From Zancudomyces culisetae HAW-14-8 (lineage: Eukaryota > Fungi > Kickxellomycota), in NCBI GenBank assembly GCA_052426225.1, contig JBNJNM010000015.1:1240001-1304000 (forward strand): DNA of 64,000 nucleotides. The letters are read 5' to 3'. Under the pieces are notes generated by a model. The model made no database searches. It was not told the origin of the DNA and was given only the letters and a program-made list of their open reading frames with translations. How positions within the stretch are numbered: position 1 is the first letter of the stretch; each line of letters begins with the position of its first letter. Positions 38,346-50,543 of the stretch are shown here, one piece after another. A program made the position numbers and the translations under genes.

Positions 38346-38531
38346 TTCATTTGTTTTGTTTTATTAAAAGAAATAAAAAGACTTCTATGATATTTGTGTC
38401 CTTTAAAATAAAATAAAAACCAAATAGTAAACAATGGCGCATTAGGCTTACTACAGAAACAAAAGATATATTTGAATAGGGTGTAAGAAAGGAAGGTACG
38501 AGGTGCAAGAGTAGTAACAAATAGATATTAT

Positions 38532-39319
38532 TCACCTAGTCACACAGTCATATCTGATTCCATCAAAGTAAATCCCATGCATTGTGTTTTTAACTGTTTG
38601 TCCAAATTTCTCGCTGTCGGTTTTAAGCAGTGCTGCAGCATCTAGGATCAAAAAGACGAATAATGAGTCAAAAAAACGAATAAAAAGTATGATGATGATA
38701 AGCTTATTCATAGTATATATTGGTACCCTACCTTTATTTAATGGATCAAATGGATTTGGTTCCAAAAACAAAAAGAGCAACCCAACCAGAGCAGCATTAA
38801 TGGTTAATACTGGGTTCCAGTCTTCACGTAGAATGTTTAAACATATTTTTCCGTCTAGATCTATGTTTGGGTGGTATATCTTTTGGGTACAAAGACCTTT
38901 AGGAGCCTCATGAGGGTAGTTCTCTGGTATATTAAAGGTGAATTTAAACTTCCCGCCAGAATAATAACCTGATTTAAGCAATAGAATATAGAATAAGTGA
39001 GTAGTGTTTGCAAAAAAAAAGTATCACCAATTCAACAGAATAAAATGTATAAATAATTTACAAAGAATGAACGTTAACCAAAAGTAGGTATAAAAGTTCA
39101 AGCATAGAGAATATGCTGGTAAATATACATACCTTCGTCTGGCTCGATTATGACTTCAAAATTACACAGGTCTTCGGGATTCGGAAAATCGATCTTTATT
39201 GTATTTGGCAGGTCCAATTCTGATACATCCTTTTGAATTCGAATTAAAGCAGCACTGACGTTAGATTTGGTCTTTTTTTCCTCAGCTTGCTTCTTTTTCA
39301 GCTTCCAAACATTAAGCAT
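38532..39319 (-). CDS. UBC12: NEDD8/Rub1-conjugating E2 enzyme (3 exons, 177 aa)
   Basis: Exons 39319-39133, 38968-38732, 38641-38532; N-terminal MLNVWKLKK extension, SAALIRIQKDVSEL, PDEGYYSGGKFKF, YHPNIDLDGKICLNILREDWNP. Confidence 0.93.
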
Positions 39320-40542
39320 TATGAATTTAGTAGTATTATTCCGGTGTTCGAATCTAAGTATCAAAAGAAAACTATATGTATGTCAGTAGGAATCAGAAAC
39401 ACGTTAACCTTATTATATTATTTACCAAATGTATCTACAAGAGACAGAGTAGTTTAAAAAAGATAGGTAACTGCTAGAAAAGCGAATTTTTATACAAAAA
39501 GATAGTTGAAATAATTCGAAATTTAAAGACAAATAAAACAATGAACTACAAAACAAGCCCATCCAAGTAAGGCTCGCTTTTTTTATCTGCTTCTTATTTA
39601 GAAAAAAGTGAGCTAATTGGGTATTTGATGTGATCAAACCGCAGGAAATTAACGAGTAGATTGAGAAAGTATAACTATGGAAATATGAAATTGGTGTTAA
39701 ATTTTAGATTGCTGCGGAATTAGCTAGATAAGTCAAACTATTGAAATTCTAGCTATTTTATAGCTTCTTTAGTGTTTCAATTTTAAAATAGTCTCAGCAT
39801 TTTTCATGTAGAATATCAGGAACAAAATAATCAAGCAGAGAGATGGAAAGTGGAAAAATGGTTGTTCAGTAGATGTTAAAGGGCGTTACATCACCAAAAA
39901 AAAAAAAACAAATGCATACAATCGGTGTAACCAGGCTGGATCCAAACGAAAAGAATGGTGAGTATGGTTTTGTAGATTCAGCTTTTATAAAATCGAGATT
40001 TAATTTAGAAAAAAAAGACAAAATAAAATGAAACACAGGAACTATAAAGAAGAAGGCTTCTAAAACATCTATTTTTATGAAGCTGATTTGAAAGATTCCA
40101 AAAGCAAAAAACACCCAGATCTTCTTGGTTTTCTAATAAGGAGAGAATCCTTCTTTTTATTTGAAACGATGGATGGCTGGAAATATGTTTGGATGCCAGT
40201 AATTCACAGAACACTCTAGCTTTTAAGTGGATGTAACAAAAGATAGAATATTTCCAAATGGATAATTTAATATATTTTTTGTTTACCAGTAAAGTTTCAA
40301 AAGTTGGACTACGTACGGCATCACAATTACGCAAATTCTCGATTTTAGTATCGTTTAATAGTTTAATAATTTATTTTTCAGTCTGTATTTTACATAAGTA
40401 TAGAATCTAAACATATATTCATTGTATACGAGATAGGGACTGAAGAAACTTTCGTTAATGGAATGGTATTTGATCAATCTTTTTGAATAAAAGGTAGTGA
40501 GAGAGGGATGCGAAAAAAGGATGCATATATATGTATATATAC

Positions 40543-43500
40543 CTAAATATCCGACTTTTTGGAAACTGAACGGACCGTGGAAACAGAGTATTTTGGTTTT
40601 AATCGAGCATAAGCTGCGCCTTTGTTCAGCGAGGACTTAAATTCCGTGAGGAATTTATAAAGCTCAGAGGGGTTTTCAGCCATTTGAAGCTTTAGTTTCA
40701 TGTATTTCTCACTGGGAAGAAGCGCTTCTGTGGCTTGAGGAGATTGCTGCATATTCGTAGGGTAAGAATACGTGTAACTTTTAGACAGACGATCGACAGG
40801 AGTAGACTTCGAGTCGCAAGTGTGGGTGCTCTCTAGCCTTCCACCATTCGTCAAACCGATGATCTGGTTCATATCATAGCTTTCTCCGTGAGGGATCGCG
40901 ACAGGGTTGGAGGGTGTTATGCAATCTAAGTTTGTTTCCTTTCTCAAGACAGTATCTACATCAACAGCCGAAAAGAAGGCAACAGAGATTGGTAGATTTG
41001 AGATATCCAGCTTGTAGCTAAATAAAGAGCGGGTCCAAAGATTGGCAATCTGCAAGGCTAAGGCGGTTCTATAAACATCGGCGTCGGAGGAAAGATAGCG
41101 AATCTCGTCGTGTATAGAAAGTACGAATCGTGCATCGATGTCGAATTTGGTAATAAGATAATCCATTGAAATGAGCAGCAGATGCAAGTAATCAACACCA
41201 CTGGATTGCACAACCCAATTTACGCGAGAAGTCATGTATCCATCACCAACAGCTGAGGCTCGCAGACCTTCAGCGATTCCACAGCCTAGCACAGGGGTTC
41301 TGGGATTATCGCTAGTTGCTATTGATTCCAGCGCATTGAACATGTATGATTCAGTGCCACCATACCAAAAGGGTTTGTTTTTGCCAAAAACACGAGTTAT
41401 AATGTTGTTGTTAAGCCGACTACTGGACTTGTGTCCCTTTGTAGCAAGGTATAGATTTTTTGCGCGCTGAGCAGCTTCAGTGGCGCCGATTGTTTGGTTG
41501 GCTTGCAAAAGAAGCTGGGTAGCATGTTTTACACCTGCACCATAGATGCGTGAATAGTTGAACACTTTTGAATCGTTTCTGGAGATTCCCATAATCTTGG
41601 CTGTGGTGGAATGCAAATCCGTCCCATCGTTCTTGTTACCCATTAGAGTCATAAATCCTAGGGAGGTGGCACCGTGTTCGCCAAACTGAGAATCGCCTAT
41701 CAAGCTAGCTATCCACAACTCTTCGCTGTCTACATCCGCCCCAACAAATTTGTATCCCTCGGGTGCCTTAACCAGTGTCTTTAACTCCGAACCAATTCGA
41801 TTGGATTTAGCGTTGGATGCCGTTGCCCATGTGGACTCTACAGTTCTCCTGGTTATGGTTCCCATTGGGACACTCAATGGCAGTATTATACCTTGATCGT
41901 GGAAATCCACAACAAACTGGGACTTGACTCGTTCTCTGGCACTTATCCAGTACGATGTAACCATGTTTATTTCCAATGCTTCTTTTGCCACAGAGTAGTC
42001 CGAAGTCAATATTCCTTTTTCATAGGCAGCAATGTATACCTTTGAAAGTGGGCTCCCGCAGTTTGCCTCCTCACCATCCTTGTGTGGAATCTTGAAATAT
42101 TTTGCGTGTTCTCTATCATTATATGCCGTGCGTTCCTCTTCAATTTCCTTGGTATCGTTGGAAAAGTGTATAGGGTTCATTCTCCTCAAACTGGCCGCTG
42201 TAGAATCATGTTCATTTTCCAAATACTCGTTTGGTACCCTGAATGTCCAACCATTTCGTCTTGAATGATACAGGGGAAATCCCAGCCAGCTTATTCTCAG
42301 CAAGTATGGCGCTATTTTGTTTCTAACAGTGATTTTTATTCTTTTTTCTTTTCTATCGTATAACTCTTTGTACCACTTTGGTTTTGAATTCAAAAAGTTC
42401 ATGCTCTTTTCTCTGTATCTAGTTTCCTTTTTACTCCAATCGAGGTGTTTTAGCCAAGGATCATCGATATATTTATTGTTTTCGTCAAAGACCAAAGCTT
42501 TCTCGGCCAGTTCTGCCAATTTGGACTCAATTTTCTGTTTCATTTCATTAAGCATCCCTTCACATCTATCAATAAAGTCTCTCCATTGACTTGTGTTTAC
42601 TGGTAAAAACGCCTTTCCAAGCATAAGCATTCCAGCAAACGAAACTGGATGCGGACATAGCTTTAAAAAATTTTGAAATGTCTTTTTGTATACCTGGAAC
42701 GTCACACTCACATCGCTCATACAATATTCTATCAGGTTGGATATGTCTTGACGGACCTCTGTAACACAGCCCTCAAAAAATATGTTTCGGATCTCTTTAT
42801 CCATGTCTATATTATAGTAGAATTTTGCCACGTCTTTTAGTGAATATGTGCTACTGACGTCCATAAAGGCCTGGTGATGTTTATACGCATCCCCTGTCAT
42901 TCCAAGCCCTTCATTCTCCACCGACTTTTTTTTTACGCTTTGGAACTTTTTATATACCAGCTTTTGCTGAGAGCTCATCCCATTGGATGCTATATGCAGT
43001 GACATTGTGTCGATGTACTCATTTTCGCTTGCTCGAAGGCTGTACTCGTCTTGCACTCTTGACCTGTCAAATCCCACATTATGCCCAATAACCAGTCTCT
43101 TACTTTGCTTTCTAGTATTTGGAATTCCTATTTTTGATTGCTGGAGTTCTTCCTCGCTTTGTTCTTTTGAAGTTGTTAGTGGTATCAGCCATCTGTGATC
43201 GTGACTAGTTCCAACTAAATATGGCGATAGCCATATATACCATGCTCTTTCTGACATTGCAGCTGCCATCACTGGGTATCCATGAAGCGCTGACATGGAT
43301 TCAATATCAAAAACAAGTGCGCTTTCGCTGAGAAATGGGATATCAACCCTTTCTATTGTGAAACTTTCTTTTGCTTCATCATATTCGTATCTAGTCCATC
43401 CATCATTCTTGAGTCTTATATCTTCTTTTAACGGTTTTTTTGGTGCTTTTTCAAGAGTACTAAGTTTTGTCGCCCAATCTATGTAAGGATACGCACTCAT

Positions 43501-44076
43501 TTTACCAAGATTTACAAAATGCTCTTCAATATCCTTCCCAATCAACCCGGGAATGTTTTTTTCAAAATCTTTTAAGTCTATCTTGAACTCCTCGGGTTCG
43601 CTGTTTTCTTTGTATAGACCCTTTCTTTTCAAATGCTCCTTTGAAAGATTCATAGTCATTTCCTTAAAATTTATACTTTCATTCTTCTTTGCTGTTTTGT
43701 TTTTGTTTTGCGTTTCTGGTTTGAAAAACACCTTTTCGCTCAAACTTTTTGGTAGCAGCTCTACGCGCAATTCATTTCTAACACAAGATCCATTGACTTT
43801 TGATGTGGACCCAGCTTCCTGCGCCAGCGTCGAGTATGATCTTTTTAAAGTACTCATTCTTGTTTTGGCCTTTCCTTTGCCTTTTGTCTGCCTTCCCTCG
43901 CATTCCAATACTTTCTCGTTATTATTTGGTTTTCGTAGTTCGGATATATTTATTTCTGCTGCTCTTGTCTCCAAACCAACATTTCTTTTTCTATTCTGGG
44001 TACCAATCGTTTGCTTTTTGTTTCCCAGATTACTAAAAACTGGAGAAATGATTATCTTTTTAATGTTATTAAACAT
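40543..44076 (-). CDS. MIP1: Mitochondrial DNA polymerase gamma
   Basis: ATG at 44076; Exo I FDIE, Exo II GHNVGFDR, Exo III YCMSDV; Pol motifs VGADVDSEELW, R...KVFNYSRIYGAG, SIHDEIRY. Confidence 0.96.
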   Translation of the reverse strand: MFNNIKKIIISPVFSNLGNKKQTIGTQNRKRNVGLETRAAEINISELRKPNNNEKVLECEGRQTKGKGKAKTRMSTLKRSYSTLAQEAGSTSKVNGSCVRNELRVELLPKSLSEKVFFKPETQNKNKTAKKNESINFKEMTMNLSKEHLKRKGLYKENSEPEEFKIDLKDFEKNIPGLIGKDIEEHFVNLGKMSAYPYIDWATKLSTLEKAPKKPLKEDIRLKNDGWTRYEYDEAKESFTIERVDIPFLSESALVFDIESMSALHGYPVMAAAMSERAWYIWLSPYLVGTSHDHRWLIPLTTSKEQSEEELQQSKIGIPNTRKQSKRLVIGHNVGFDRSRVQDEYSLRASENEYIDTMSLHIASNGMSSQQKLVYKKFQSVKKKSVENEGLGMTGDAYKHHQAFMDVSSTYSLKDVAKFYYNIDMDKEIRNIFFEGCVTEVRQDISNLIEYCMSDVSVTFQVYKKTFQNFLKLCPHPVSFAGMLMLGKAFLPVNTSQWRDFIDRCEGMLNEMKQKIESKLAELAEKALVFDENNKYIDDPWLKHLDWSKKETRYREKSMNFLNSKPKWYKELYDRKEKRIKITVRNKIAPYLLRISWLGFPLYHSRRNGWTFRVPNEYLENEHDSTAASLRRMNPIHFSNDTKEIEEERTAYNDREHAKYFKIPHKDGEEANCGSPLSKVYIAAYEKGILTSDYSVAKEALEINMVTSYWISARERVKSQFVVDFHDQGIILPLSVPMGTITRRTVESTWATASNAKSNRIGSELKTLVKAPEGYKFVGADVDSEELWIASLIGDSQFGEHGATSLGFMTLMGNKNDGTDLHSTTAKIMGISRNDSKVFNYSRIYGAGVKHATQLLLQANQTIGATEAAQRAKNLYLATKGHKSSSRLNNNIITRVFGKNKPFWYGGTESYMFNALESIATSDNPRTPVLGCGIAEGLRASAVGDGYMTSRVNWVVQSSGVDYLHLLLISMDYLITKFDIDARFVLSIHDEIRYLSSDADVYRTALALQIANLWTRSLFSYKLDISNLPISVAFFSAVDVDTVLRKETNLDCITPSNPVAIPHGESYDMNQIIGLTNGGRLESTHTCDSKSTPVDRLSKSYTYSYPTNMQQSPQATEALLPSEKYMKLKLQMAENPSELYKFLTEFKSSLNKGAAYARLKPKYSVSTVRSVSKKSDI

Positions 44077-44981
44077 TTTGCTGCGTACTATCAATATTAC
44101 ACCTTCTTGGCTATATTAGTATTTTTGTGTGAGTGATCTTTTTTTCTCTAGTATTTTACATGAAAGATTTATTGATTGACCTAACTGATATATTTAAGCT
44201 CTAACATTCTCCAAAGCTCATTTAGAGCTTTTGTCCTCAAAAATTCGTTTTATTTTTGGTTCAATCGTTTCTAAAGTTTTACCTTGATTCAAAAGTTGAT
44301 GGTGAATTACAAGCCTTATTGGCAGAAGCAAAATAAATACCCAATAATTTACTACATATTCATACACAAAGTTGTGCAATAAATGCCAAGGGGAAACAAA
44401 AGATGCTACAAGAAAAGCGCTGCCTTGTGTCGCTCGGTTTCTTAGATAGTCAACATGTCTCTGGTGTTTTGTATCGATGTTAATTCAATGCAGTCCCAAA
44501 ATCTAAACCTGTATAGTGTAAAATAAAGAGTTTAATTTTACTGCAGGTTCTTGCAGTATACAGCTGCCCTTGGTGAACGGTGCTATAGCACCAAAGTGAA
44601 TATTTTTCTACAATATATTTTTCCCGACAAAAAGAAATCACAAGAACAAAGGTTTCAGTTTGGGAACAGGTTCATGTAAACGTCGAACCAAAGGTGAATG
44701 TGGACGTGAGTGTGAATGCGTATTTTACTGCGCTATATGTTTATACTCTGTAAAAGAATGAACTGTGGTGCGTGAGGATAGCTCTTCTGATCATGCTTTG
44801 TTGTACGGCTGCAGCTCTAACTTTCTATAGTGTAATGAAAATACATAAAATGTTCTATAGAATCTATAAAATGTTGATTTATTTCAAACAGAATCAGCAT
44901 CAAATTAAAGAATAACAGAATATAAAGGATAAGTTCGCCCCATATTCAAGTCAAAAGCTAGGATTCTGGAAAGCCTTGGAA

Positions 44982-45491
44982 ATGTCGAAACAGAATAGTA
45001 AGAGTCTGTATGAAATACAACAATATAATTACAAAGAAAAAAAAATGGGAAAAACTGTTTATGCGCAGAACAAAAGAGCTGCAAACAAACTCAGTGCTAG
45101 AAAGTATCGTGAAAACAAAAAGAAGAGAAAGTCTAAAGCATCCCAAAACATTTATTTAATAATCGAAAGGTTGTCAAAATGTATTAGTATTCTTAAATAT
45201 TGTATTCATATGTACGATAAAGAAAGAAAGAACGTAATGAAGAAGCTGAACGAGGAGCTCTTTATACAAACCCTACTAAACCCAAATGGGCCGCCAAAGT
45301 TGTTCTGTGTATATGATTTTCATCTTGACGTTCAGTATATTAGTAAAGCCGATTCAAAATCAGAAATCCATAAAATCATAAATAACTATAGTAGAATCAG
45401 CAAAGCTGGCTCAGATGCTCAGCGAGAGTTGATGGATGTTTACAAGGACACAATTCTACTTTATACTAAAATTAAGGCCGTTTTAAAATAG
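44982..45491 (+). CDS. Small divergent bZIP-type transcription factor
   Basis: Basic region KRAANKLSARKYRENKK (N-x7-R), followed by heptad I/L/L/Y/V repeat. Confidence 0.65.
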   Translation: MSKQNSKSLYEIQQYNYKEKKMGKTVYAQNKRAANKLSARKYRENKKKRKSKASQNIYLIIERLSKCISILKYCIHMYDKERKNVMKKLNEELFIQTLLNPNGPPKLFCVYDFHLDVQYISKADSKSEIHKIINNYSRISKAGSDAQRELMDVYKDTILLYTKIKAVLK

Positions 45492-45878
45492 ATACGTAGC
45501 TTGGAATCGGTCGGGTCTTTGATCATTTCATCAAGAGTGAACCCATTCATTCCCAGTTGTACATTCTTTTTTTATATGCATTGTTTAAAATGTCAATAAA
45601 AACCCCTGTCAATTTCAAGGAATAAAGTACCACTTTGTATAAATCGAGATATTTATTTATTTCTACAAAAACCTATTTATTGCTAAAAAAAAAACAAAAC
45701 AAAACAGCAGAATTGGAAATGAATATGTAAAGGCAGCGATAAAAGTGCAAAAAGGCAATACTACATGTGTTCCTTGGATCCTTCTATTTCAATAATATAT
45801 TTTAATGCCTAGTTGAAACTGCTTCTTTTTCTTTTCCTCCTACCTCTTCCCTCTCACTCTCTCCCGCCTCATCCACCT

Positions 45879-48319
45879 TCAAGAAAAGGTTTCGATTGCT
45901 AAGCCAAATAAACAATATGAAGCGGAACAAAACAAAACATAAAATATTTTTATCGATATTACTATCAACATCAAATAATAAAAACACTCACATTTCCGTG
46001 GGCTCTTTCCAGCAGATATACCCCGATCGTCTGGTAAATGCTCAGTAGGTTTCCTTTTTTGACCAACAATCTGTGTACTTGAACTGCTTTGAGGTGTAGC
46101 AGGTTGAGATTGGCTCGCGGGTTTGAACTGACCCACACCACCCACACCACCAATTGTACCTAAATCAAGCAAAAAGTTTTATAAATCATTTAAGAAAAGC
46201 AACAGAATAACGTGCTGATCACTTACCCATGTGCATACCTGATTGTTGCATGGGAATTCCTGGTCTCATTGGGTTCATAAAAGGCATAGAACCCATCATC
46301 TGCATTTGCACAGCGGGGTTTGCAATAGGCATACCACCCATAGGCATTCCCATAGGCATTCTGTAGTTCATTCCCATTACATTTACGTTCCGCATAGCCA
46401 TCGACCCCATTGGAACAACGTTCTGGTGCATTATCTGTTGAGGGCCTGTACGTGTTTGCAGGTAGCGTTGGTCTAGACTCGCTGAAGAGGTTACTATGGG
46501 TTTTCTTGGTGCGTTATCTAAAATTAGTCAAGGTGTAGCAATATATTTATCTGCTTTATTTTGCACCATGTTGCAAATATACATAAAGATAAGGAGTAAA
46601 ATATCTATAGAAACAAAGACATATCAACTATAAACGCAGTATGATTTTTTTGACAAAGAGAGTAATTGGATGTGAAAATACCTTGTGCTGAAGATTTGGC
46701 GAGGGTATTCGTGTTTGAAACAAATGTTACTGTACAAGGGTTTCCTGAAAATTTTCTATATACACACCCATTAAGTTGAGTAACAAATTAATAGCTGTTT
46801 AAAGGAATTAATTATAATAGAATCGCTTGCCAAAGACAAATGTATTAGATCCAATGTATTTATCACATTGTATTATAAAAATTTTCCAGGTTCAGAAAAA
46901 AAATAATTACAAGTGCAAAAAAATCTAAAAATACAACTTACAACTGGGTCAACTTGGCCTTGGCCTTTTCGCTTGATTCTATGTCTATGAATTCGATGTT
47001 CACGGCCCTAAATTTATGTACATTTACACATAAATATATGTATACTTGTAATAAGGGGTACTGCCCTACTGTAATAGTGTTGAAGACAATTACCCTAATG
47101 ATTTCCCATTAATTTTATTCTCTCTGAAGGCAATCTCTTTGATATTTTTTTCAACACCAACAACAGAAATTATATCTCGTAATTCATCTTCTGTTGTCCA
47201 CTAATAAGCAGTGAGTAAGTAAGAAATGTTAGAATGTTAAAAACATGAATTATGCCTTCATCTGGTCAGGAGCACCACACGAACAATGGTAATGCGGCAC
47301 TAAATAAAAATCAGTTAGTTTACCCAGTTTATTCCCGAAACGCTAAGGGTTGGTGTCACTTCATTCTTGCCTGTGGTTGTTCCACTGGTTCCAGCAGCAG
47401 GTGCTAAGATGATTGTATTTTAATTTGTGTGATAAATTCTGATTCAGTAGATAGCCAGCTATACTCATTGAAAGTTACATAAAATAAAAGGAGCAAAAAG
47501 ATGTAGATGTTGACTAGAAAGCCATCTATCTCATGGGGGTAATGTTGTATTTGACTCTTTGATGTGAGCAAATTTTAAAGTAGAAAAATGCAAAGGAGAT
47601 TCCTCTAGCATGGGGTCTAAAAAGGCCAATATACAGCTTGCACATGTATGCTTTAATTGATGATAAGTCTGTAGAAATCTTTTTTCTTTTATTCAGTACC
47701 CATAACTTTAGTAATGAGGTGAAATGTGCGTGTTGTATTTTAGATTTTATGAATATACTAAGGATAGTAATTGAAAAAATGCTATTTATAGTAATAATAT
47801 AATAAATAACCAATTTTTTGCACACAAAGTACAAAAAAATTGTTTAATTCCTAACCTTCATCTGACTTGTTCAACTCTGTACCAACTGCATTCGCTGAGC
47901 TGACATCTTCGTTCTTTTATATCCATAAAGCATTTAAGAATTCCAAATTTCGATTTCATTTCGTTATCATAAAAATAATTTTCCATTCCACAATTTTGGC
48001 ATTGGCCATTTAGTAAAATCCTTAGCATAAATCATAGTAGAATCTTTGTAGTTGTAAAAAACGTGCACAAGTAGCTTACCTTAGTCGTTTCATCAAGCCC
48101 GGCAAACACATCATCAGTATAGTTTGATTCAGCATGTGTAGACTTTGATTTCTTTGAATCATCCTATTCATTGTTTTCGAACAAAAAAATAATTAGATTT
48201 CCTGGGTGGTATGTTCGGAAATTCCTAACAAGTTTGAGAATGAACTAAATGCGTACCTCTTCTGATTCAAGAATAAAGTCTGTGTCTCCGTATATATCAA
48301 AATCAAGACTATCAGACAT
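45879..48319 (-). CDS. CPSF6: Cleavage factor Im large subunit CPSF6/CPSF7 (CFIm68/59)-like RRM protein (10 exons, ~336 aa)
   Basis: Exons 48319-48257, 48163-48080, 47913-47856, 47403-47324, 47200-47094, 47007-46942, 46755-46682, 46517-46227, 46159-45992, 45898-45879 (last exon less certain). N-terminal DFDIYGD; RRM INWWTTEDELRD...IAFRENKINGKSLG matches the CFIm68 'WWTTD...FFENRANGQSKG' pattern. Confidence 0.75.
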
Positions 48320-48521
48320 GTTTTTAAATGTTTTCAGTATGTTGAGTTTTAATATTTATTTTTGAATTACAACAATTTAAAAGTTCAACCAAAACAAAAA
48401 ATATTTTATGCAAAAAAAGCGGCCAATTTTTAAAAATATACATATTTGTAAAAGTTAAAAAAAATAAAATTTTGTGTATGTTATGTTTTCAATACAAAAT
48501 AACCTTTATTTACTGCGTAGA

Positions 48522-48594
48522 GGTCCTGTGGCCCAATGGATAAGGCGCTTGACTACGAATCAAGAGATTCCAGGTTCGAGTCCTGGCTGGATCA
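48522..48594 (+). tRNA. tRNA-Arg (anticodon ACG), intronless
   Basis: GGTCCTGTGGCCCAATGGATAAGGCGCTTGACTACGAATCAAGAGATTCCAGGTTCGAGTCCTGGCTGGATCA: cloverleaf, CTTGA/TCAAG anticodon stem with CT-ACG-AA loop, CCAGG-TTCGAGT-CCTGG T-arm, then TTTTT Pol III terminator. Confidence 0.96.
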
Positions 48595-49133
48595 TTTTTG
48601 CCATCTGCCTGCTTGTATTGTTAAGATTATCATCATACCTTCTAAGCAGTACAATACGTTTTTAATTTTTTTAAATAAACATTAGCAGCTACAATGCATA
48701 ATGGCAAAATACTGCATAGAGTTAAATCAATTTAACATTTATCGCGAAAAAGTAAGCCCAATATCAACTGCAATTTTCAAGTATAAACTATCCAATGTTT
48801 TCACGATATTTATTTACTTATTTCTTCAAGTTTTATTTAATGTCTGGATTTTTTATAACAAAACTCATGTACCCTTTGATTAAAAAAAATTTCTTGCTCT
48901 AGTTGCGATAGATAATCAATTTATTCGCTGTAAATGTTTATAAATTAATAAATTCCCATTGATATCAATTTTGGTCAAAAATAACTGCTAAACAATTAGA
49001 ATTTGCGCGATTATTGCTGAAATTTTGTAAAAATAAATATCACTTTGCAACTAGCAACCAAACCAAAGGAAAATAATAAAGATATATCATACTATTGATT
49101 TTTGAACAATTACGTCGACAAATAACTTTAGAA

Positions 49134-50543
49134 ATGGATAATTTATCGGCTCTATCAACTCCTAGACGAAGGCCAGCCACAACACCATCCAAATCTGACC
49201 CTTTGGGTCCAATAATACCCTTTTCGACACCAGCAACCATCCGAAGAGGGACGGCATTTGATCCTTCATACACCCAGCCCGCAAATTTTCATGAAAGATT
49301 TGAAAATGAAATGAGAGAAGAAGTGGATGAACTAATAGTTCCTCAATTTTTAGCCGATAGCAGGGAAATAAAGAAAAAAGTGTCTGAATTTATGAGAGAA
49401 ATTGACGAAAATATTTCAATGTGGAAGGGATTCATATCAGCTAGTCGAAACGAGCAACTAGTCAAAACTAATTTTGTTTTAGGTGAGCAGTAGTGTATAT
49501 GACTAAAATAAATTCGTCTTGAAGAGCGAAATTAAAAATATTTGGCTAACATTCTATAAATCTAAATAGAGAAAAGGAAACTAGTAAAAGCGGAGATTGC
49601 CGAATTGAACTCTAAAATAAGCGAAATCACCAAAAGTAAAAACCGAATTACGACTATTTATAGTTGAATTATCTATAACAGTATACCAACTATACATATT
49701 CTTAGGGCTCGAAAAAGAAAAGGATGTGGAAAAGGGAAAAAGCGAATCTATAAAGAGTACCGAAAAAAAGATCAAACAAGAAAAGTTGGTCGAGGAACAG
49801 CTATCTTTTGAGCTTGAGCAGCTTAATTTCAAGTTGTCAACTACCGAGCAAGGTAAGGATGTGTCCTGTAGCTCTCAATATCCCCGATATTCATATTATC
49901 ACCTTGCTATTTACTTTTTTTGCAAATTTGTACTCAGCTCACAACACTGAGTTTACTACTGGTTGTGTTTTTTTTGTTTTTATTTGAAAGAAAATATCAA
50001 CAACTCGGTTCGTTTGTATGCACATGCAATAGACCTAAATTCCAGAAACGAAAGTCTGGCAATGATGAACTCGCTGGTTTTGCATGAACTAAAGTTGCTA
50101 GAACGAGTGACGGGTTTAAAAATTGATGGTGAAAAAGGTGAGTCTAATAAATAGTTATTTCACTTTTCTTTCCTTTGATTGTCTTCATACTTTGTATTTG
50201 CATCGCTTAATTCTTTCTATTCTTAATCTAGAATGTGAGTTGAGTTTTACGTTTACGAACCTCGTAAAAAACTATCCCCAGGTTGCAGCCAGATTCAAAT
50301 TGTCGTTTCCTACATTCTACTACGAAGGTACATACATTTCAAATATTTTTTCTATTCTACCTTGGTGTTTAAACACAGAAATGCTGAAAAAGAAATTTGG
50401 ATAACCATATAGTACCATACTGCAACCCGTCCATTCCAGATTTGAATACTTTGTTGGATGAATTGAATGAATCACGAGATATATTTGCCTTTTTGAAAAA
50501 TATTCGCAAGTCTTTTTATAGTGTTTTAAACAGCACCGCTTAG
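49134..50543 (+). CDS. SPC25: Kinetochore NDC80-complex subunit Spc25 (6 exons, ~311 aa)
   Basis: Exons 49134-49482, 49570-49635, 49706-49852, 49991-50137, 50232-50327, 50413-50543 in frame; coiled coil, then TGLKI...LSFTFTN...CNPSIPDLNTLLDELNESRDIFAFLKNIRKSF (Spc25 RWD-like domain). Confidence 0.8.

Noticed and set aside
48474-48665. 63-aa ORF
   Set aside because: Overlaps the tRNA-Arg gene; spurious.
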